From: an uncultured Oscillospiraceae bacterium
Lineage (GTDB): Bacteria; Bacillota; Clostridia; Oscillospirales; Oscillospiraceae
Direction of reading: 5' to 3'
Length of the DNA stretch: 64,000 bases
Assembly (NCBI GenBank): GCA_910579595.1
Contig: CAJTVM010000001.1
Span: 2,406-66,405, forward strand
A program made the translations under genes and the position numbers. Positions 18,999-28,643 of this stretch are shown in pieces; position 1 is the first letter of the stretch, and each line of letters starts with the position of its first letter. The notes beneath the pieces are model-generated. The model was given only the letters and a program-made list of their open reading frames with translations. It was not told the DNA's origin and did no database searches.

Positions 18999-20105
18999 TT
19001 ATGTGCGGACAGAGTCCATCATCGCCTTCAGGTTCTCCAGCTTGCAGTTCAGCGGGATCTCACAGCCGGAACCCAGCACGAAGCCGCCGCCCATGGCCAT
19101 TTTGATCAGATCCTCGCAGTAGGCGCTGACCTCGTCCGGCGTGCCGAAGGCCATGAGGGTGGCGGGCAAATCACCCCGGATGGCCTGCCAGCCCTTGAGG
19201 ATGTCGTGGGCGGCATGGATGTCCGTCACGCCGTCCAGCTCCACCAGTATACTGCCCTTGGGGATTTCCAGCAGCTTGGGCAGCATGGGCAGCCAGTTGC
19301 CGTCGGCGTGGAGCACCACCTGGACGCCCGCATCGTGCAGGCCCAGGATCAGCTTCTTCAGGGAGGGCCAGGAAAACTCCTCGAAGATTTCGGGGGAGAT
19401 GGCGTTGGCGTCGGAGCGCATGGCGTACAGGCTGGCGCGCTTGACAGGGGAGTGCTCCAGGGCGCCCAGGATATTGCCAAGCACCTCGGGGGTGGCCCTG
19501 TCAATAGCGGCCTTCACCAGATCCGGCTCGTCGTACAGGTCGTAGATGAACTCCTGAAAGGAGCGCACCATGGAGAGGGTGTCAAAGGGGGTACCGGAGG
19601 CGGTGCCGTGGATGGGGGCCACCCCGCGGGAGGCGAGATATTGGCCCACCTTGGCGGCGTTCATGCCCACGGTCATCCAGCGCTGGCCCATCTCCTGGGG
19701 GGAGGTGATGGGGGGGTGCTGGATGGTGCACAGGTAGCGGTTATACCACTGGAGGTAGCCGTTGTCCACGATGTCCTGGTAGTCCTCCACCTCCATGCGG
19801 CAGGTCTCCTTGAGCTGGAAGGACTCATCCTCCCCCAGCTCATAGCCGGGGCGCAGGGCCTCCAGGCCGTGGAGGAAGATTACGTCCCCCGGCGGGTTGC
19901 CCTGGCAGATGTCGGGATAGCCCACCTTCTGGAAGGTGGCCTCCAGCGCGCCGATCCAGGTGTCCGTGTCGGCGAGCAGATCTTTCTGGGTCACACCGGC
20001 CACCCGGCCGGGGTAGAGCAGCATCATGGGATAGACGGGGATATCCTGGCGGCGCTCCACCGGGAGCAGATCAAAACAGCGCTGGACCTTTTCAAAGGAA
20101 TTCAT
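18999..20105 (-). CDS. Uroporphyrinogen decarboxylase-family protein (MtaA/CmuA-like fold)
   Basis: PFDTLSMVRS, SPEIFEEFSWP, LHADG, GTPDEV, GFVLGSGCEIP. Confidence 0.85.
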   Translation of the reverse strand: MNSFEKVQRCFDLLPVERRQDIPVYPMMLLYPGRVAGVTQKDLLADTDTWIGALEATFQKVGYPDICQGNPPGDVIFLHGLEALRPGYELGEDESFQLKETCRMEVEDYQDIVDNGYLQWYNRYLCTIQHPPITSPQEMGQRWMTVGMNAAKVGQYLASRGVAPIHGTASGTPFDTLSMVRSFQEFIYDLYDEPDLVKAAIDRATPEVLGNILGALEHSPVKRASLYAMRSDANAISPEIFEEFSWPSLKKLILGLHDAGVQVVLHADGNWLPMLPKLLEIPKGSILVELDGVTDIHAAHDILKGWQAIRGDLPATLMAFGTPDEVSAYCEDLIKMAMGGGFVLGSGCEIPLNCKLENLKAMMDSVRT

Positions 20106-20199
20106 AAGTATGCCCCTTCCGTTCATAAGATACCTTTTATTTTAGAGAAGCGGAGGGGAAAAGGGAAATAGGGATTTCGTGTTGGCTCATAACAAAGTC

Positions 20200-21105
20200 T
20201 TATTGCTGTTCCTGCTCCATGGGGAACCAGCTGTCCAGCATCTCCACGAACAGATCCACCGCGGGGTTGGTGCTGTTCTGCCGCCACACTACGCAGTTGT
20301 TCGCGTCATCCAACGGTATCTCGGGGATCAGGCGTACCGCGGCGTTATTGGCCAGGGAGGAGGAATTGTTCATGATACCCACACCCAGCCCCGCCTCCAC
20401 CCACAGGGTGAGGGTGGAGAAGTTGGGGGCGCACAGCACCCGCTGGCGCGGGCCGCCCTGCTTTTTCAGGTAGTTCATCAGCTTGTCGTGGCCGGTCCGG
20501 CTGTCCTGGGGGGAGATGGCGATGATGGTCTCCTGCAAAACGTCCTCAATCCGGATGGTTTCCTGTCGGGCCAGGCGGAGGCTGCGGGAGACGGCAAATA
20601 CCGCGCTGTCCTCCTCGAACACCTTCCACACCACGCCGGGCATCTCCCGGATGTCGAATTCCAGGGTGATGGCCGCGTCGATTTTTCCATCGGCAAGCTG
20701 CTGCCGGAGCAGGCTGAAGGAGCCCTGCTGCAATCGGAAGTCGATGTTGGGATACCGCTTCATAAACGCCCGGCACAGCCGGGTCAGGGCGTCCCCCATC
20801 CACTGGCCCTCCAGTACGCCCACGGTGAGCATACCGCTGTAGCCCTGCCCCACCGTCTGCACCCGGGAGACCAGCGCCTCCAGCGACGCGTAAATGTCCC
20901 CCAGTTCGCTGGACAGGAGGGCGCCCGCCGGGGTCAGGGACACGTTTTTGGAGTCCCGGATGAACAACAGGGTGTTGAGTTCCTGCTCCAGGGTGACGAT
21001 CTGCCTGCTGAGGGCGGGCTGGGTCAGATACAGCCGGGAGGCGGCCTTGGTGAAGTTCAGGGTTTCCGAGAGGGCGAGAAAGCATTTTATCTGGGTCGAG
21101 TTCAC
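20200..21105 (-). CDS. LysR-family regulator
   Basis: LNFTKAASRLYLTQPALSRQIVTLEQEL. Confidence 0.95.
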   Translation of the reverse strand: MNSTQIKCFLALSETLNFTKAASRLYLTQPALSRQIVTLEQELNTLLFIRDSKNVSLTPAGALLSSELGDIYASLEALVSRVQTVGQGYSGMLTVGVLEGQWMGDALTRLCRAFMKRYPNIDFRLQQGSFSLLRQQLADGKIDAAITLEFDIREMPGVVWKVFEEDSAVFAVSRSLRLARQETIRIEDVLQETIIAISPQDSRTGHDKLMNYLKKQGGPRQRVLCAPNFSTLTLWVEAGLGVGIMNNSSSLANNAAVRLIPEIPLDDANNCVVWRQNSTNPAVDLFVEMLDSWFPMEQEQQ

Positions 21106-21123
21106 GGCACAGCCTCCTTTGCT

Positions 21124-22011
21124 TTATCCCGATGCGGGGAGCAGCGGCCCGGACAGATCCAGCCCGCCATAGGCCGTCAGCGCCTCGCCCTCCACCAGCA
21201 GCTGCACCTGCTCCACCGTATCCAGGCTGCACAGCGTCTCCACAATGGACGTGATCACCAGCTCCTGTTCCTCCGGGCTTTCCGGCGCCGCCTCCAGCAG
21301 GGCGGCGGACAGATCCGCATAGCACACCCCGTTGTCCACCCAGGCGGCCAGCACCGCCAGATTCTGGGGCAGCAGGGCCGTCAGCCCCTGATCCTGGGGG
21401 CCTGCCGCCAGCGCCTCCAGCACCGCCTTGGCGGGGGTTTCGTCCTCGGTGAGGCGGAACACCCTCAGCTCAAAGCTCAGCGAGGCGCTCCCCGCCCGCC
21501 GGAAGTACAGCGATGCGGGCACGTCCACCGGCTCCTCCTCCGTGCCGGAGAAGATCACGTCCCCCGTCCGAAGGATACGGCTGTCCGCGCCGTCCCCGGC
21601 GGACAGCCGCACCCCGTCCACTCCGGGCAGCTGGCACAGCGTCAGGGTGACGCAGTAGTCCGCCAGTGTGCGATCCACGCCGGATAGCTGCGCGTATCCG
21701 GCGGACAGCCTCACATGGGCTGTCCGATCCGTTACCGACCACTCCTCCACCCGCGTCCCGGCGGGGACGAGGCTGGTGAGGCCGCTGTCCTGGGGCGGGC
21801 CGTCCAGCAGCGCCGAGAGCAGTGCGGGAACATTTTCCTCCCCGGCGTAGGGGGTGGAATCCAGTGCCGACGCCACATCCCAGATCTGCCGCTCCGCCGG
21901 GACGGCGAACCACAGCCGCAGACCGTCCCCATCGTCCCCGTCCGCCTGGGGCTGGCAGGCGGGGAACAGCGCCAGCAGCATTGCCGCCAATATTGCCGCG
22001 TATTTTTTCAT
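21124..22011 (-). CDS. GerMN-domain lipoprotein (tandem domains)
   Basis: Signal peptide ending in a Cys; two LxxGP...TLC/TL-type GerMN repeats. Confidence 0.85.
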   Translation of the reverse strand: MKKYAAILAAMLLALFPACQPQADGDDGDGLRLWFAVPAERQIWDVASALDSTPYAGEENVPALLSALLDGPPQDSGLTSLVPAGTRVEEWSVTDRTAHVRLSAGYAQLSGVDRTLADYCVTLTLCQLPGVDGVRLSAGDGADSRILRTGDVIFSGTEEEPVDVPASLYFRRAGSASLSFELRVFRLTEDETPAKAVLEALAAGPQDQGLTALLPQNLAVLAAWVDNGVCYADLSAALLEAAPESPEEQELVITSIVETLCSLDTVEQVQLLVEGEALTAYGGLDLSGPLLPASG

Positions 22012-23477
22012 GGCCTGTCCCCCTCCTCCAGGATGGGAAATTCCGCCTCAAACCGGGTGCCCTGTCCCGCGGGGTTGGGTCCGGCCTTGATGTCCCCGCC
22101 GTGGAGGCGGGCGGTATCCCGGGCGATGGACAGTCCAAGCCCGGTGCCCCCCGCCGCCCGGGAGCGGGCCTTGTCCACCCGGTAGAAGCGGTCGAAAATC
22201 TTGGGCATATCCTCTGCCGGGATGCCCACTCCGGTGTCGCACACCACCAGGGACGCCTTGCCCCCCAGGCGGCGCACCGCCACATCCACCCGCCCGCCGG
22301 GCTGGTTGTATTTGATGGCGTTTTCCATGAGGTTGAAGGCCACCTGGTAGAGATCGTCCTGGGTGGCCAGCAGGGCGCAGGCCGGCTCGATGCGGGTTTT
22401 CAGCGTCACGCCGTTGGCCTGGGCCAGGGGCGCAAGCATATGGGCCACTTTTTCCGCCACCGTCCCCAGCTCCACCGGCTCCCGCTGGCGCTCCGGCCCG
22501 GCGTCCAGCCGGGTGAGGGCCAGCAGGTGCTCGCTGATGCGGGTGAGGCGGTCGGCCTCCTCCCCGATGTCGGAGACGAACTCCCGCACGGTGCCCATGT
22601 CCACGCTGTCGTTTTGCAAAATGGAGTCGGTGAGCAGGCGGATGGAGGCCAGGGGGGTTTTCAGCTCGTGGGAGGCGTCGGACACGAAGCGCCGCCGGGC
22701 CTCCTCGGTGGTCTGCAAACGGTCGGTGAGCTGGTTGAACTCGTCGGCCAGCTGGGCCATCTCGTCCCGGCCCCGGACCGCCACCCGGTGGCTGTATTCG
22801 CCCTCCCGCACCCGGCGGATGGCGGACAGCAGCCGCCCGGTATTCCGGGTCAGCGCCTTGGACAGCAGCAGCACCAGCACCATAGCCGCTACGCAGATGA
22901 CCAGGGAGATGTAGCGCAGGTTGGACTGGATGGACAGCAGCACCTGGGCCTGTTCGCTGTCGTACTCGTAGAGGTACACCGCCCCCAGGGTGTCGCCGTG
23001 GGACATCACCGGCACCGCCGCCCGGCAGCGGATGGCCTCCTCCCGGTACTCGCAGCGGGACACGTCCTGCCCCCGCAGGGCGGCCACCACCTCCCGGATG
23101 AGGGCGTAGTCCCCCAGCCGGTTGTCCAGAGTGGAGCTGTCATATAAAATGAGGCCGGAGGCGTCGGTGACCAGCACGCGGGTGCCCTGCACGTCCTCCA
23201 GGACGGCCATGGTCTGCTCCACGCCCTCCCGGGTGAGGGTTTCGGACACCGCCAGGGCGGATCCGATAACCAGCGCCTGCTGCTTCAGGGTGTTCTCCTT
23301 GCTGGTGAATACCATGTTTTCCACCATGAGCAGGGGGTAGGTGTTCATCACGATGAGAATGACCGCCACCACCAGCAGATAGGTCAGGGCATATTTCACC
23401 TGGATGCTGTGCCAGAAGGGGAGGCGCGGCTCTTTTGACACCGGCTTTTTTGCCTCGGCCTGCTCTGTTTTGTCCAT
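22008..23477 (-). CDS. HAMP-domain sensor histidine kinase
   Basis: Two TMs, H-box FVSDASHELKTPL, N-box NLMENAIKY, G-boxes DTGVGI and GGTGLGLSI. Confidence 0.96.
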   Translation of the reverse strand: MDKTEQAEAKKPVSKEPRLPFWHSIQVKYALTYLLVVAVILIVMNTYPLLMVENMVFTSKENTLKQQALVIGSALAVSETLTREGVEQTMAVLEDVQGTRVLVTDASGLILYDSSTLDNRLGDYALIREVVAALRGQDVSRCEYREEAIRCRAAVPVMSHGDTLGAVYLYEYDSEQAQVLLSIQSNLRYISLVICVAAMVLVLLLSKALTRNTGRLLSAIRRVREGEYSHRVAVRGRDEMAQLADEFNQLTDRLQTTEEARRRFVSDASHELKTPLASIRLLTDSILQNDSVDMGTVREFVSDIGEEADRLTRISEHLLALTRLDAGPERQREPVELGTVAEKVAHMLAPLAQANGVTLKTRIEPACALLATQDDLYQVAFNLMENAIKYNQPGGRVDVAVRRLGGKASLVVCDTGVGIPAEDMPKIFDRFYRVDKARSRAAGGTGLGLSIARDTARLHGGDIKAGPNPAGQGTRFEAEFPILEEGDRP

Positions 23478-23534
23478 CTGGATTTCCCCCTCCTATTCAT
23501 GCGACCATTGGACCCACAAGTTGGATCCTCAAAT

Positions 23535-23629
23535 GGGACCCCGCAAAGCCGTCCTTCAGGCTTTGTGGGCAGCGGAGCGGTCGAGCTTTCGCCGAAAGCG
23601 TAAGCGAGTGGGCGAAGCTTACCCCGACG
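23535..23629 (+). repeat. Structured interspersed repeat, copy B
   Basis: Same motif order and hairpins as 8352-8466; contains the response-regulator stop codon. Confidence 0.65.
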
Positions 23630-24329
23630 GCGTCGCGCTATTGCTCAGGTAATAGCCCACGCCCCATTTGGTCAGAATATGCTCCGGGTTGGCGGGATCC
23701 GGCTCCAGCTTCTCCCGCAGGCGCCGGATGTGTACGTCCACGGTGCGGAACTCCCCGATATACTCGTAGCCCCACACCAGGTTGAGCAGGTTCTCCCGGC
23801 TGTACACCCGGCCCGGGTTCTGCATCAGCAGCACCATCAAATCGAATTCCTTGGCGGTGAGATCCACCGGCCTGCCGTCCCGCCACGCCGCCCGCTCCGC
23901 CAGGTCCAGGGTGATGCTCCCCTGGGTGAGGCGGTCGGCCTCCCGTTCCCGCTGGGCGGAGGCGGCGGCCCGGCGCAGCAAAGCGCGGATCCGGGCCTTC
24001 AGCTCCAGGATGTTGAAGGGCTTGGTGATGTAATCGTCCGCTCCGCACTCGAAGCCCATGATCTTGTCCGAGTCCTCCCCCTTGGCGGTGAGCATGATGA
24101 CGGGCACGTTGGAAAACTCCCGGATCTTCATGCATGCCTGCAAACCGTCGATTTTGGGCATCATGAGATCCAGGATGATAAGGTCGAACTGGCCCGTGCG
24201 GGCCTTGTCCACCGCCTCCTCGCCATCGGAGCCGGTCTCCACCGCATAGCCCTCGTTTTCCAAGTTGAACTTGATGCCCTTTACCATCACCCGTTCGTCG
24301 TCAACCACTAAAATTTTCGGCATCGCCAT
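23619..24329 (-). CDS. OmpR/PhoB-family response regulator (WalR-like)
   Basis: ILVVDD, DLMMP, GADDYITKPF, RTVDVHIRRLREK, TKWGVGY. Confidence 0.97.
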   Translation of the reverse strand: MAMPKILVVDDERVMVKGIKFNLENEGYAVETGSDGEEAVDKARTGQFDLIILDLMMPKIDGLQACMKIREFSNVPVIMLTAKGEDSDKIMGFECGADDYITKPFNILELKARIRALLRRAAASAQREREADRLTQGSITLDLAERAAWRDGRPVDLTAKEFDLMVLLMQNPGRVYSRENLLNLVWGYEYIGEFRTVDVHIRRLREKLEPDPANPEHILTKWGVGYYLSNSATPSG

Positions 24330-24675
24330 ATCCTCCTGTTGTAATCAGATCCAACAGCCCCGAGAGGGTTCCCTCCCCGATTCCCGCTACCCGGATCAAG
24401 TCCTCGGGGTAGCGGAAGGGGCCGTTGGCTTCCCTGTCGTCCAGAATGGCCTGGGCGCGGGTTTCCCCAATACCGGGCAGGGCCATCAATTCCTCCAGTC
24501 CGGCGGTGTTGATATCAATAGCAGCCTCCGCCGCCTGGATCGCGGCGGGCGGTTGGCAGGGGAGGCGCTCCAATGGGCGCATCGCTGTGCTTCTGTGTAC
24601 GAAGCACAGCGCCATGGCGGCTCCTGCCGCCATGATAACCGCTGCCAGCCGGCGGTTTGCTTTGGCAGACCGCAT
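24301..24675 (-). CDS. comEA: ComEA-like helix-hairpin-helix DNA-binding protein
   Basis: IDINTAGLEELMALPGIGETRAQAI...GPF...VAGIG; N-terminal TM. Confidence 0.85.
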   Translation of the reverse strand: MRSAKANRRLAAVIMAAGAAMALCFVHRSTAMRPLERLPCQPPAAIQAAEAAIDINTAGLEELMALPGIGETRAQAILDDREANGPFRYPEDLIRVAGIGEGTLSGLLDLITTGGYGDAENFSG

Positions 24676-24809
24676 TCTTTTCGCCTCCCACCGGCAAAAA
24701 GCCTGGTTTCCCCAGTTGCGCCGGGGCGGACTTTCTGCTATAATTATTTTATCTACCCTCGGAGCAAAAAGATCAGATCCTATTATACCATAGAAAACGG
24801 GAGATTCCT

Positions 24810-26180
24810 ATGAAAAAATATCGATTTCTTTCGCTGCTTCTGGCGGGGCTGATGGCCCTGGCCCTCACCTGCCCCGCAATGGCCCTGGAGGACCCCAAGC
24901 CCCACGCCGGCGCCGCCATTGTGGTGTACGGAGACACCGGCGAGGTGCTCTACGACTTCAACGCCCACCAGCGGATGTACCCCGCCTCCGTCACCAAGAT
25001 CATGACCTCCCTGGTGGTGCTGGACGCGGTAGCGGCGGGGGAGCTGAGCCTGGATACCCCGGTTACCGCCTCCGCCCAGGCGGTGGATCTGCCTCTGGGC
25101 AGCTCCACGGCGGAGATCCGGGCGGGGGAAGTGCTTACCATCGAGCAGCTGCTGTACTGCGATCTGCTGCCCTCTGGCAACGACGCCTGCAACATTCTGG
25201 CGGAGGCGGTGGAGGGAACCGCGGAGGGCTTTGCCGCCCGGATGAACGCCAAGGCCGAGCAGCTGGGGATGAACGACACCCACTTCACAAACCCCCACGG
25301 CCTCCACGATCCGGATCACTACACCAGCGCCTATGACATCTACCTCATGGCCAGCGCCGCCATGGAAAACGAAACCTTCCGCACCATTGTGGGAAGCCCG
25401 TCCTACAACATCGCGGCCACCAATTTACAGCCGGAGCGCACCATTTACACCACCAACGGCCTGATCGGCAGCTATATCGTGCCGGGGTGTTTGTATTCCA
25501 AGGCCATCGGCATCAAGACGGGCTACACCGGCGAGGCGGGCCGCTGTCTGGCCTCCGCCGCCGTGGACGAGGAGGGGCGCACCTTCTACTGCGTGGTGCT
25601 GAATTCGGAGATCACCAACGAGGAAGACGGGCGGCACTATTGGCAGTTTGAGGAAAGCAAGCGGCTGCTGGAGTGGGCCTTTGCGAATTTTCACCGCGTC
25701 ACCCTGCTGGATCAGGACACGGAGGATGTGCTGCGGGAGGTGAAGGTCTCCCTGTCCGACGAGGCGGACTACGTGCTGGCCCAGCCGGTAGGGGAGATCG
25801 CGGCCACCATGCCGTCGGACTACGATCCCAAGCTGGCCAAGCTGGATTTCGATCTGCCCACGGAGCCGGTGGAGGCTCCCATCCAGGCCGGCCAGAAGCT
25901 GGGCACCGTGACGCTGAGTTATGACGGGACGGAATACGGCACCCTGGAGATGGTGGCGGCGGACAGCGTGGAGCGTTCCGATTTCCTCTACGCGCTCCAA
26001 CAGATTGAGCGCTACTGGTCCAAGTGGTGGGTAAAGGCGGCTGTGATCGGCGGCGTGGTGGTTATCCTGCTGCTGATCCTGTACTTAACGGTGGTGCGGC
26101 CCAAGCAGCGCCGCGCCAAGCGGTACAGCTATTCCGGCGGCGGACGCCGGGGTGGATCCAACTACCGGGGGAGACGGTAA
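24810..26180 (+). CDS. dacA: D-alanyl-D-alanine carboxypeptidase (peptidase S11)
   Basis: SxxK (SVTK), SxN (SGN), KTG, FTNPHGL; signal peptide and C-terminal TM. Confidence 0.92.
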   Translation: MKKYRFLSLLLAGLMALALTCPAMALEDPKPHAGAAIVVYGDTGEVLYDFNAHQRMYPASVTKIMTSLVVLDAVAAGELSLDTPVTASAQAVDLPLGSSTAEIRAGEVLTIEQLLYCDLLPSGNDACNILAEAVEGTAEGFAARMNAKAEQLGMNDTHFTNPHGLHDPDHYTSAYDIYLMASAAMENETFRTIVGSPSYNIAATNLQPERTIYTTNGLIGSYIVPGCLYSKAIGIKTGYTGEAGRCLASAAVDEEGRTFYCVVLNSEITNEEDGRHYWQFEESKRLLEWAFANFHRVTLLDQDTEDVLREVKVSLSDEADYVLAQPVGEIAATMPSDYDPKLAKLDFDLPTEPVEAPIQAGQKLGTVTLSYDGTEYGTLEMVAADSVERSDFLYALQQIERYWSKWWVKAAVIGGVVVILLLILYLTVVRPKQRRAKRYSYSGGGRRGGSNYRGRR

Positions 26181-26333
26181 TTCTTTTCCCCTTACCAAAA
26201 AAGAGCTTTACGCGCACAGATCGCGGCGTTTGCGGCGGCGGCCGGCAGGGTTCGACAGTGGGGGCAATGGGAAAGCGGACGCGGGTTTTACCATTCACAA
26301 AAACTTCACAGAAGGTTCTTAAATTGTCCAACA

Positions 26334-26459
26334 TTGTTCCCCGGCGGTCTGGTATTATAATCTCGTCAGGAAGAAAGCCAGACAATCTCTATCCTCCCTC
26401 TCTCTTTTCTCAAAAACAATGAAAGCCCCCCCGGCTCCGGCCGGGGGGGCTTTCATTTT
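26334..26459 (+). ncRNA. Candidate small RNA unit (promoter, CU-rich body, terminator)
   Basis: TTGTTC-N16-TATAAT, then ~90 nt with no ORF, containing ATCCTCCCTCTCTC and ending in a strong hairpin with T tract. Confidence 0.4.
26418..26459. terminator. Intrinsic terminator (bidirectional)
   Basis: AATGAAAGCCCCCCCGG/CCGGGGGGGCTTTCATT. Confidence 0.85.
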
Positions 26460-26460
26460 G

Positions 26461-27069
26461 TTAATTGGATTTCTGCGGCCGTATCAGCTTTTCATCCAGG
26501 TGGGCTGATTTCAGCGCCTTGTGCAGCGCCACACCCAGGATGGGGGCAAATATGACTGCCACGATACCGTTAAAGAGGGAGGAGGGCAGCTTGCCCAGGG
26601 TGGCGATCCAGGCGGCGTCCGGGGCAAGGCCTTTCACCAGCAGGCCGTTGTAGAGGAAGCACTTCACCATGTAGACCGCGATGTAGCTCACCGCCGCCGC
26701 GCCGCTGGCTACCGCCTCATGCACGTAATTGCTCTTGCCCTTGAATACCTTGAAGTAGACCGCCCCGGCCACTACGCCGTACAGCCCCTTTGTGACAAAG
26801 GTGATGGGGGCTTCCATAATGCGCAGGGGGTCGAACAGGTCGAAGATGGCAGAGCCAAGCCCCGCCGCCAGTCCGCCCCACCACGGTCCCAGCAGCAGCC
26901 CGGACAGGGCGCACATCACGTTCCCCAGGTGGAAGCGGTTGGTGCCCAGGGGGGAGGGGATTTGGATATCGGGTATCTTGGAGCCTACCGCCACCAGCGC
27001 CGCCATGGCCGCCGCCATGCACAGCATGGTCAAAGCCCGTCTGCTTTTCGATTCGTTCATGGTTGACAA
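26461..27069 (-). CDS. ECF transporter S component (possibly vitamin B6-related)
   Basis: RFHLGN...LLLGPWWGGLAAGLGSAIFD, ~6 TM; divergent from a MocR/PdxR-type regulator. Confidence 0.8.
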   Translation of the reverse strand: MSTMNESKSRRALTMLCMAAAMAALVAVGSKIPDIQIPSPLGTNRFHLGNVMCALSGLLLGPWWGGLAAGLGSAIFDLFDPLRIMEAPITFVTKGLYGVVAGAVYFKVFKGKSNYVHEAVASGAAAVSYIAVYMVKCFLYNGLLVKGLAPDAAWIATLGKLPSSLFNGIVAVIFAPILGVALHKALKSAHLDEKLIRPQKSN

Positions 27070-27221
27070 CTCCTTCCAGGACCTTGACGGCCCTTTGTTA
27101 TAATGCTATTATAGCTTCATCTGGCATGGTTTCCATGCCCAGTTTCCATATTTTTTATAAGATCAGATAAACAGGCCTGTCCCCTGGAAGGCGGGCCGGC
27201 TGAGACAATGAGGTGATTTCC

Positions 27222-28604
27222 ATGGACGGATCCTTCCCCCTCCCCCTGTTCGGTGGGGACGCACCCCTGTACCACCAGCTCTACCGCCACATCGCCGCCG
27301 CCATCCAGTCTGGGGCGCTGGCCCCGGGGAGCAAGCTGCCCTCCAAGCGGCGGCTGTGCGCCCTGGCGGGGGTGAGCATGAGCACGGTGGAAACCGCCTA
27401 TTCCCTGCTGGCGGCGGAGGGCTACGTGCTGGCAAAGCCCCGCAGCGGCTATGTGTGCGCTGACTTGCTCCCCCCGGCCCCCGCCGCCCCCTCCCAGCGC
27501 CTCCCGGAAACGGTACCGGCCCCGCCGCCCCGGTGGGCCTATGACTGCTCCACCTCGGGGGTGGACACGTCGGCGTTCCCCTTTTCTTCCTGGGCGCGGA
27601 TTACCAAAGAGGCGGTGTACGAAAACCCCGGCCTGCTCCAGCGGGGCCACCCCCAGGGCGACCTGTCCCTGCGCACGGCGCTGGCGGAGCTGCTGGCCCA
27701 GTACCGGGGGGTGCGGTGCGCCCCGGAGCAGGTGGTGGTGGGCGCGGGGGCGGACTACCTCATCACCCTGCTGCTCCAGCTCCTTCCGGAGCAGCGCTCC
27801 ATCGCCCTGGAGGATCCTGGCTACCCCGCCGCTTACACCGCCGCCGCCCTCCACGGGCGGGAGGCGGTCCCTATTCCCGTGGATGGGGAGGGGATGGATC
27901 CGGAGGCGCTTGCGGCGTCCGGGGCGGGGCTGGCCTACCTCACCCCGTCCCACCAGTTTCCGCTGGGCGTCACCATGCCCGCCGGACGGCGCAGCAGGCT
28001 GCTCCACTGGGCGGCGTCCGCCCCGGGGCGGTGGCTCATTGAGGATGACTATGACAGTGAATTCCGCTATTCCTCCCGGCCCATCCCGGCCTTGCAAGGG
28101 TTGGACCGGGCGGGGCGGGTGGTGTATATGGGCACCTTTTCCCGCTCCATTGCCCCGGCCATCCGGGTGGCGTACATGATTCTGCCCCCCGAGCTGCTGG
28201 AGCGCTTCCGCCGCACCTTTTCCCACGGGGCGTGCACCGTCTCCCGGTTTGAGCAGGAGAGTCTGCGCCGCTTCCTGGTCCAGGGGCTGTACGGGCGGCA
28301 CCTGCGGCGGACGGGGAACCTGTACCGCAAAAAGTGCGCGCTGTTTACCGGGGCGCTGTCCGCCATTCCCTGCGCGGCTATCTCCGGGGCAGACGCGGGA
28401 CTGCATTTTATGGTGACGATCCCCCGGCTGTCTGAGGCAGAGCTGGTGGAGCGGGCGGCGGCAAAGTCGGTGGGCGTCCAGCCTCTGAGCCGGTATTGCC
28501 ACAGGGTGAAGCCAAAGCCGTCCACCGTGGTGCTGGGCTTCGCCGGGCTGACAGAGGACGAGCTGGCCCAGGCCGCCGCCCTGTTAAAAGAAGCGTGGAC
28601 GTAA
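27222..28604 (+). CDS. MocR/GabR-family regulator (GntR HTH plus PLP aminotransferase-like domain)
   Basis: LPSKRRL...STVETAYSLL, TPSHQFPLG, IEDDYDSEFRY, YMGTFSR. Confidence 0.93.
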   Translation: MDGSFPLPLFGGDAPLYHQLYRHIAAAIQSGALAPGSKLPSKRRLCALAGVSMSTVETAYSLLAAEGYVLAKPRSGYVCADLLPPAPAAPSQRLPETVPAPPPRWAYDCSTSGVDTSAFPFSSWARITKEAVYENPGLLQRGHPQGDLSLRTALAELLAQYRGVRCAPEQVVVGAGADYLITLLLQLLPEQRSIALEDPGYPAAYTAAALHGREAVPIPVDGEGMDPEALAASGAGLAYLTPSHQFPLGVTMPAGRRSRLLHWAASAPGRWLIEDDYDSEFRYSSRPIPALQGLDRAGRVVYMGTFSRSIAPAIRVAYMILPPELLERFRRTFSHGACTVSRFEQESLRRFLVQGLYGRHLRRTGNLYRKKCALFTGALSAIPCAAISGADAGLHFMVTIPRLSEAELVERAAAKSVGVQPLSRYCHRVKPKPSTVVLGFAGLTEDELAQAAALLKEAWT

Positions 28605-28643
28605 AAAGCCCCCGGACGCTCCACCGTCCGGGGGCTTGGGCCA

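Noticed and set aside
18999..20105. Calling this gene hemE
   Set aside because: It resembles the broader methyltransferase-like URO-D family, and there is no heme-pathway context
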